From NCBI GenBank assembly GCA_050084985.1, contig JBITNC010000001.1, positions 63,488,001 through 63,552,000 on the forward strand: a stretch of DNA of 64,000 nucleotides. The letters run 5' to 3'. The position numbers were made by a program, and so were the translations under genes. Within the stretch, counting starts at the first letter, position 1. The number at the start of each line of letters is the position of its first letter. This DNA comes from Nageia nagi. Lineage: Eukaryota > Plantae > Pinophyta. A model generated the notes under the pieces. The model worked only from the letters and a program-made list of their open reading frames with translations, was not told the origin of the DNA and made no database searches. This document shows, piece by piece, positions 54,950-64,000 of this stretch.

Positions 54950-56710
54950 TGTAAAAGCCTAAATGCAACTTGAGTGCAATTAAATAAAAAACACACAAGT
55001 ATACTCCAACGTTTGACCTAGGGCATCCAGACAAAGCTCAAACAATGCAATAATGCCAACGTCTGGCCAAGACTAGCTAATATCAATACACAACACCTCA
55101 CAATGCCGACGTATGGCTCATACAATCACATACATGCAAAGATAATCCAACGATGGGAATAGACAAGTATGCACAACACAAATATGAGATCCAATAGTCC
55201 ACAGCTTGTATTGAAGATGTAGAATGAATACATATACAATACCAGGCCCAAAGGGCTAAACGTTGGCCTCTAAGGAGCCAACTAGGGCACAACGAATGTC
55301 TCTACTATTAGATGGACGGAACATTGAACGGGACCTCACTCCCTCATAATTTGAATCCTCTCCACTAAAGGAGCCCTTCTCAAACCTTGGCGACCAATTG
55401 AATGGTAGAAGCGTGACCTTGGAATACAATCGGATGGGCTAGGGTGCTACACCGAAGTTGTAGATTAACAGGACCTCTTAGCCTGTCAACCCTCCAAGAT
55501 GTTGCACCTAGGGATGTGCTTGACGCTGCAACATGAAATGCAGTCCCAATTGCTTGAAAAATTGGATGAGAATAGAAGATAATCCAATAGCCCACGACTT
55601 GTATTGAAGATGTAGAATGAATACAGATACAATACCAGGCCCAAAGGGCTAAATGTTGGTCTCCAAGGAGCCAACTAGGGCACAACGAATGTCTCTATTG
55701 TTGGATGGTTGGAAGACTGAATGGGATAGCCGCTCTCCCTCAAAATCTGAATCCTCTCCACTGAAGCAGCCTTTGTCAAATCTTGGTGACCAATTGAATG
55801 GTAGAAGCATGACCTCGGAATACCATCGGATGGGCTAGGGTGCTACACCAAAGCCGTAGATTAACATGATCCTTCAACGTGTCAACCCTCCTAGATGGTC
55901 CACCTAAGGATGTGCTTGATGCTGTGCCAAGGCTGGTGTCCACTGGACAATATGAGCAATAATAATAATTATGTATGTCAGCAATGATGCTAACCTTCTT
56001 TATATATCAATTCCTAGATCTAGATCTCATCTAGAAATCATCACTCCAACCTTGTAGTCCAACTTAGCATCCTAGAGGCCATCAAATGCCCAAACGTGGG
56101 GTTAGATGTGTCCTAGGTATCATACATATGCCAACGTTGCCTAGGGATGCCAATAATTACAAGATCCAATGGCTAGATATGCAACACCTCGTTATTGGAG
56201 ACTAATATTGCATTTACAATTATTAATTGCCTTGGAATCATGTATAACAACTCATACAAGTAGCCCCCATAAAACATACTAAATCTATTTTTAATTACCA
56301 AGCTCACACCTAAATATACTCCTATAATTAATTCATATCCAAAGGAGTGGAATGTCACATTTCAAGAGGTGAATATGGAGATGTTTTTGGATTTCCATGA
56401 GTGGCCACGATATGGAAAAGTTGTCCAACTGGCAAACTTCAAGAGGCCATAACTCTTTCGTTTCCTGATGAAACCATGTCGTGTAACCTGTCAAAACATT
56501 TCCCACGAGATGCCTTATCCAAAGAACAAATCAAATCAACTCTCCAAGACTTGTGGCAAACTCTATCCTCAAATAATTCATCCTAATCTTGGGAGGAAGT
56601 TTTCCCGCTTTGGGGCTCACAATGTGGTTCCATAGGACTATTATATTCTATCCCAAGTTACTAGCAACAAATAGATACATAAATAGAATATGTACAAGAG
56701 GGTTTTTACA
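54950..56710 (-). repeat. 3' LTR with internal ~340-bp duplication
   Basis: Matches 59775-60562; the segment 55189-55530 is repeated at 55582-55925. Confidence 0.88.
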
Positions 56711-56791
56711 GAGCCCCCCCTCTCGAGATTGCTTAACAATATGATCCAAAAGAATAGAGTCCATCATGCTCAAGTGAAGAAATCATGTCAA

Positions 56792-59458
56792 CTATGCATC
56801 CAACAAACTTGGCCTCAAGAGTGTGCACAACAGCCCAACATTCATGTTAACATCTGAAATGTAAACAATCAACCTATGAGGGTATGAAACCTGCCGCATG
56901 TGCACAAAGTTACCAAACAGGTATGAAAAACCAGCAACTCCTCTACGTCCCGATGCTATCCATATTGAACACAAAATGGCATGTAAACTTGGAGTGGCAA
57001 TTCCTCCAAAAGGAGAAATTATGGATTGGAAACATGTATTCATGGTGCCCAACGTTGCTCTTCTCCAAAGAAGGCAGAATACCCTGCCATATGCAGTCAT
57101 CACAATAGTCCCATAATAACATAGGACAGACAGACTGAAGTCTCTTACAGTTGCAGTCCCAAAAGATTGGCAATGTGTGTCAAAACTGTCCAACAAATCA
57201 GTCCTCCATTCAGCTTTGAGACCTTTATCATATTCAGCAAAAATGCTGAGGAAAACAGTCCCATGATCATGCAAAATGGTCGCAAAGACAGTCTTCAAGA
57301 CAACAAGCTTCGTTTCCCTCAAACAGTCATGAAATGCAGTCCCAATTGCTTGAAAAATTGGATGAGAATGTAGGACAGGAGACCCCTCACATGTAGGATC
57401 AAACAAGGCCTTCTTGCCTTGGACGTTGGGGTCCCAAGTTCCATCCAATCTTGTGGAAATGATGCCTATTTAACAACAGTCATCAAATCATCATCAAATA
57501 ATACATCAGCAATGTGTGTAAAAGACAACAAATATTCCTTGATCATAGGCAGCCCTTATCAAGTGAAAAACATTCCTTATATCATCTTCAAATATCCTTC
57601 TTGCATCAATAATAAATTCAGCCTTTATTGAGTGTATATCAGTCCCAAAGTTATGAGCAAAGAGTACAACAGTCTCATTGTTTTCAGCAATTAATGCAGC
57701 CCATAGTGTTGCCAAATCAGTCTCAACTAACGTCACAACATTGTCTCAAAAGACAAGGATTCATCTTCAAAATTCAATGAACATGCAGTCCAAAAACTCC
57801 TAGCAAACACATATGCAACAGTCTTGTTTTCCTTGGAAATTTCAATACCTGCTGTTCTCAAAAGTGCTGTCCAAATAGCTAAGAATGTAGCCCGGTCAGT
57901 CATGAAGAATGCAGTCCAAAATGTTGACAACAATAGCAACATTTCAATCCTAACTGTCTCCAAAGGCAAGAATTTGGTCCTCAGAATTATTAAGCATCAA
58001 ATGACAACAATCTCACTGATTCAAAACACTATTAATTGGAAGGTTGGAATTGTCAAAGTCCTCACGAAAATCAGCGAGTGTAAAGCTCCAAATAGGGACG
58101 TTGGGGCAGATGTATAGTTGAACCATACGCATGAAATCTTGATCAAACCAGTCATTTCCCAAACCAACATTGGGGTTTTCAGGAACATAATGGCCACAAA
58201 AATCAATAAATGTACCTTCCTCCTTTTTGATGTTTTGGATGCAAACACACAAACAACCAAAGTGAGCTAAAACAAGTGAGGCCATTGCCCTATGTCATGT
58301 GCCAAGGATCCAAGGACCACCAAGTCTTTCATCATTGGCTGAAACTATTCTTTCTTTCTCCTGTATGGCTGATTTAAAAACCTTCATGCTTTCATTTTCA
58401 TTCCCCATGTTCACCTCCAATCTTCTTAATCTCCTATTGTGTGCTAACACACCCGGATCTCATGGAGCTAGAAGACTATTGCAATTCACATGAAGAATTG
58501 ATTCTTTCCATACATCACATTTTGAAACCAAAGGCATGAAACTAGTATGTGCATGTTCACAAACCGATTGAAAAGTTTTAACATTCACATCTACATCAAG
58601 ATTCTTGTTCTTCGCTACATTCTCAACAAACGGGGGTGATTGCATTTTGAAGGAAACATCTTGTAGTTCTACTTGACATACCTCATGTAGCGATACAATA
58701 ATTTCTGATTTTCCTTAATCATGTTTGAATAGCTCAATTTGTAATGGAATTACAATTGTTGGTTGTAATTCTTCTTCTTTGCATCCCTTGTTTTCTTCCA
58801 TGCTAGGCTTATGCTCTTCACCTTTCTCATTACTATCTCCGTAAACCAAATCTAAAACAACAATGGCTCTTTCCTGTTTCTTTCCAATATTATTACTTTC
58901 AACAACACCATGCAAAATTTCTGAATTACCGTCATAAAAATCAGAATTACTTTCGTACCTTTTTGGAGTGTCATTATGCAATTGATGCTCTATGTCTTGA
59001 ATCCAAAACTCCACATTCTTCAATGTCCTCACCTTCTTTTTCTGATCCAATGGAGTAAATGAGTCCTTGATGCTTCCAGATCTAGACGTTGGGGGCATGG
59101 TTGGCAATTCCCCTCCAACGTTGGATTTCCTCCCTTCTACCATTCTGTAACCCAAAAGATCTTGGTAAAGCTAGAAAGTGATATCTCTTCGGAATTCCTT
59201 GGTGGTTCCCTGGTAGATCTGGATTAAAACTTCGATCTTTGGTGGAGTCTTGTGTGGTGGAACAAATTTGGGCTCCCATGTTTGCCCTCTCTTCTTGCTC
59301 ATCTTCTTCTCATACCGTTCACCCAAAAACCACAAGAGCCTCTCCCTTTCTTCTGGAGGGATCTTGTTGTCTTCAAATTTATGGAGAAGCTGGTGGAAAA
59401 CTACCTTTCCGAATTCCGACTTTTTCACCTTGGCTGTGGCTGAATTTTCTCTTTCCAT
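56792..59458 (-). pseudogene. Broken ORF(s) of unknown function inside the non-autonomous LTR element
   Basis: Chain of minus-strand ORF pieces starting MERENS about 300 bp after the PBS; longest piece 218 aa; no domain recognised. Confidence 0.45.
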
Positions 59459-59774
59459 TGGTGCCGATTTCTGATTTCTTCATGCGGAATGCTTCAAAAA
59501 ACCCTAGCACAAAATCTGAATTCTTCATGTTAAATTCTCATAACTAGCTAGGAGAATAGATCAAGACTTTTATACCTGGAAACGACCTTCAGATTTGCAA
59601 ATATCATTTTTCTAAACCCTAGACATTAGTCTAGGAATTCAAATTTTCCCAAAAAATTGTCGTTTTGACCCCGAAATTGTCTTTTTAAATGCAAAACCTC
59701 CCTATCCACTGGTTCAATATGTTTCTAGCTAGATCTCACCGCACAAGCTGGCCAAATGTAAGCTTTGATACCAC

Positions 59775-60562
59775 TGTAAAAGCCTAAATGCAATTTGAGT
59801 GCAATTAAATAAAAAACACATAAGTATACTCCAACGTCTGACCTAGGGCATCCAAATAAAGCTCAAACAATGCCATAATGCCAACGCTTGGCCAAGACTA
59901 GCATATATGATACACAACACCTCACAATGTCAACGTATGGCTCATACAATCACATACATGCAAAGACATTCCAATGATGGGAATAGACAAGTATGCACAA
60001 CACAAATATGAGATTTAATAGCCCACGACTTGTATTGAAGATGTAGAATGAATACAGATATAATACTAGGCCCAAAGGGCTAAACGTTGGCCTCCAAGGA
60101 ACCAACTAGGGCACAACGAATGTCTCTATTGCTGGACGGATGGAACATTGAATGGAATAGCCTCACTCTCTCATAATCTAAATCCACCTCAAACCTTGGC
60201 GACCAATTGAATGGTAAAAGTGTGACCTTGGAATACCACCTGATGGGCTAGACTACCACACCAAAGCCGTAGATTAACACGATCCCTCAGCTTGCCAACC
60301 CTCCTAGATGCTGCACCTAGGGATGTGCTTGACACTACTGTACGTCTAGCAAGGATGCTAACCTTCTTTATATAACAATTCCTAGATTTGGATCTCACCT
60401 AGAAATCATCACTCCAAGCCCCTAGTCCAACGTTAGCCTCCTAGAGGCCCTCAAATGCCCAAACGTGGGATTAGATGTGTCCTAGGTATCATACATATGC
60501 CAACGCCGCCTAGGGATGCCAATAATTACAAGATCCAATGGCTAGATATGCAATGCCTCATT
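59775..60562 (-). repeat. 5' LTR (truncated) of the non-autonomous element
   Basis: Direct repeat of 54950-56190 without the duplication; homology stops abruptly at about 60562. Confidence 0.88.
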
Positions 60563-61499
60563 AAGATCTAGTCAGGGTTTGTGTTTGGGCTGATTTGTTG
60601 AAGAAGTGGACTACATCTCTTAGATCTGCCATTAGTGGCAAAGTTGGAGCAGCATTGCGAAGGGATTTTGCCATAGTTTCAAGGTTTATCATTGGATCTT
60701 AATTGTAGTTTTCAGTTAGGGTTTGTGTTACAGTTTTCGGAATTCAAAATTCAGGGTTTATGTGGAGTTTATTTTCAGATTTCAATGGGTTTTCAGTTCA
60801 GAAAGGTTTTCAGAGAAGTTTGCCCATTTTGGGAATTTCTTTGCAGAGTTTTTCAGAGCCAATTGTGCCCTAGAGAGGGACATGTAGCTTGGGAAAGCTT
60901 CTTTTGCAGATTTGAGCACCTTTTTGAGTACCCTTTTGGCTGAACTTTGAATTCACAGTTTCAGAAAATATAATAAAACTTGTGTTGTGGCTATCTTTGG
61001 GTTTTGTGGTATTTTCTTAAAATTATTTACAGATCTGATTTTGTAGAGCCAAAAATCCTGCCATCCTAAGGGTGAGTTGATGGTTCATCCCTACCAAACA
61101 AGAAGTAAGAGCAAAAAGGAGTTTACCCAGAAAAATAACACCTAGTCAAAGGAATATTCACAACCACCACCACAAATGGAACAAGCCAAGAACAAGAAAG
61201 AGGGGCAAAATAGTAGTCTCCAAGATGCTTTGGAAGCCTTATTGCAAACCCAAAATAACTTGTTGCAGACTCAAGATTCCATGAGGCAAACTCAAAAAAG
61301 TGCATTAGAGGCTATGCAAAAATCTCTCTAGTAAATTGTTGACCGACTTAAGGGCCCACAACAATAAGAAAATCAAAACCAACATCATGAGGCATATCAA
61401 CATGTTGAGGAAGAAAGTTCTGCTTAAGGGGGAGCTAGGAATATTCCCATTCCACACAATACAAGTGGAGATGCATCTAGGGCGTCCAAGATTTGGAAA

Positions 61500-64000
61500 C
61501 CTCCCACTCCCATTTTCGTTCAGTCCCAAGCTGTAGAAGAGGAATTAGAAACTCTTGATGCAGAATTAGCAGAACTTTGGGCATCATACGAAGCCATGCC
61601 TGAAGGGTTTAAGGCTGCTGTAGATTTTGACAAACACTTGGAGTTAAAAGGGCATAAATGGGGAAGAAAAGCTCAAGTGGGAGGAGGAGACTTGCAACAC
61701 AAATTGGGTAAATTATAACTCCCATTATTTGATGGTAGTGACAAGATTTCTGCAAGACCATGGTTGTAGAAATTACAATCATATTTTGCTCTCAAACCTA
61801 CAGTGACAGAAAAGGAGGCTGCTCAATATGCAGCCCTTCATCTTGAAGGGGTTGCACATAAATGGTGGCACCATGGATTGCTCACACAAGGTTATGGAAC
61901 CATTGAATCTTTTGATGTGTTTGCAAATAAGCTATTGGACCGATTTGAAAGACAAGTTGAAAATGAATATCTTAGTGAGTTGGCCACTATTAGACAAAAG
62001 GGTTCAATTGCTAGTTATGTAGAAGATTTCCAACAAATTTCAGTCATGGTCATTGATATAGCTGGAAATAGAATTATTCACTTCTTTGTGAAGGGTTTGA
62101 ATGAACCTTTAAGATGTTGGTTAAAGGCTTTCAAGCCTAAGAATCTAGATGAATCTGTTTCAACAGTGTTTGACCTTGAAAATTCCACACACAACAGTAA
62201 ACCCAAGTGGGGACAACCCTCTAAACTTGGACAACAATCCAAATTTGGGACTTCTAGGCCATCTTATACTGTTGGACAGCAAACAAATAAAGTGAACCAC
62301 CCAAAAACACAAATCAGCAAAGACCAAGGTTGGATGAAGCAACTAGGAAGGAGTTACAACAAAAAGGACTATGTTATTTTTGCAAAAACCAATGGAGGCC
62401 TGGTCATCAATGTTAGGGTAAAGGGCGAAATTATTTAGTGGAGTTTTATGTGCCAGATGATGATGAAAAGGAATGAAAAATAGAAAAATCGGATTCCGAA
62501 ATTGAATACGAAGATGCAGATTTTGCTGAATTGGAACATGGGAAACCCACTCCTAAAATAGATGAAGAAGAGGGAACCTTGGCATCTTAATTGGTGAGTC
62601 AAAATTTTTAACCATTAAGGTGCTAGGAAAATTAAATAATTATCTGCTGTAGTATTAATTGATGGAGGAGCCACTCATAATTTTATTGATGAGGGTTTTG
62701 TGTTTGAAAAAAATATTAAAACTGAAAAATTTTCTGGGTTTGGTGTCAAGAATGGAAATGGAAAGATTACTAGGTGTGATCAAATGGTTAGGCAGATAAA
62801 AGTCAGCTTTGGTGAATATTTGTTACTGGAAGATTTTTGTGTATCCTATGGGAGGTGCCCCTCAAGCCATCATGGGGGTGCAATGGTCGTACTCATTAGG
62901 AGGAATCTACACCAACTATCAAAAGTTGGAGATGCAATTTAGACATAATTGTAAGGTGGTCACCTTGAAAGGGTTGAAGGACCAACACTAAGCAAATTTC
63001 AGCCAATAGGTTGGAAAAGATACTCAAGAAGAGGGACATTGAATGGGGGGCCACATTGCACCTGCTTAAAGGTATGCCTACATCATCAAAAATTGAGGTA
63101 AAATTCCACCCTGATATACAATGCATTGTAGATAAACATAGGAAGGTTTTTGGTTAATTACCTTGGGGTCTTCCACCTGATAGAGGTTTTGAGCATGCTA
63201 TAGAATTGGAACCTGATGCTAAACTTGTTATAATCACACCATATAGGTACCCTAGAGCTTACAAAGATTAAATTGAAAAGAGTATTAAGGAGTTACTTGC
63301 CATGCGTCATATTAGGCCTAGCTCTAGCCCTTTTGCCTCTTCAGTTGTACTTGTTAAAAAAAAAGATGGGACATTACGTATGTGTATATATTATAGGGCC
63401 TTGAACAAAAAGACCATAAAAACATGTATCCAATTCCTAGAGTTGATGAGTTAATAGATGAGTTGCATGGGGCTACTTCTTTTCCAAGGTGGACTTAAGA
63501 TAAGGCTACCATCAGATTAAAGTAAGGAATGAAGATGTGCATAAGATTGCTTTTAGGTGTCATTTTGGGCACTTTGAATTTTTAGTCATGCCTTTTAGCC
63601 TTACTAATGCACATGCCACTTTTCAATCAGCTATGAACCATATTTTTAGAGATCACCTTAGAAAATTTATTTTAGTTTTCTTTAATGACATCTTGATTTA
63701 CAACAGAAATTGGAAAAATCATTTACAACATTGGGACACAGTTTTGACTGTTTTGGAGCAGCATAAATTCTTTGGAAAAATGTTTAAGTGTGAATTTGGA
63801 CTTACATAAATTTTGTATCTTGGGCACATAATTAGTGCGAATGGTGTGCATGTAAATGAGCAGAAAATTTCTGCTATGAAAAGTTGGCCTACACTCACCT
63901 CTTTGATTGAATTAAGAGGTTTTTTGGGCTTATGTAGTTATTATAGAATATTTATTAAAGAGTTTTCACAATTAGCAGTCCCGTTGATTGATTTGACAAA
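61500..64000 (+). mobile_element. Decayed Ty3/gypsy (chromovirus-like) gag-protease-RT, continuing past the window end
   Basis: gag LP.FDG / LHLEGVAHKWW / IRQKGSIASYVEDF, CYFCKNQWRPGHQC knuckle, protease [69 protein letters not shown]; many stops. Confidence 0.93.

Larger units (their letters stand above)
54950..60562 (-). mobile_element. Non-autonomous LTR retroelement, 5' LTR truncated
   Basis: 3' LTR 54950-56710 (TGTAAAAG...TTTTTACA), PPT complement ccccccctctc 56714-56724, PBS complement gctttgatacca 59762-59773, 5' LTR from 59775. The 3-kb interior shows no recognisable RT/IN motifs. Confidence 0.85.

Overview
AT-rich eukaryotic DNA, almost certainly a large land-plant genome. The style (PLS-class PPR motifs, multi-kb TE-filled introns, decayed LTR elements) suggests a gymnosperm/conifer; this is inference. 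Left third: a scrambled, non-coding mosaic of PLS-E-DYW pentatricopeptide-repeat (PPR) gene fragments is split by a 14-kb Ty1/copia element (1782-15778), which contains a younger 5.5-kb copia element (8582-14073). A CACTA-like terminus, a plant-mobile-domain relic, a minisatellite and a solo LTR follow. From 25370 to the end of the window lies a plus-strand adenylosuccinate lyase (purB/ADSL) gene. Eight coding exons were traced, all with phase-0 introns, and intron 8 (>19 kb) runs off the window. Its introns hold two LINE-type insertions with TSDs, two solo LTRs, a non-autonomous LTR element and a decayed Ty3/gypsy element. The most striking observation is that both 598-bp LTRs of the inner copia element appear to be built almost entirely from decayed PPR coding sequence, antisense to the element. 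All alignments and counts were made by eye, with no database searches.
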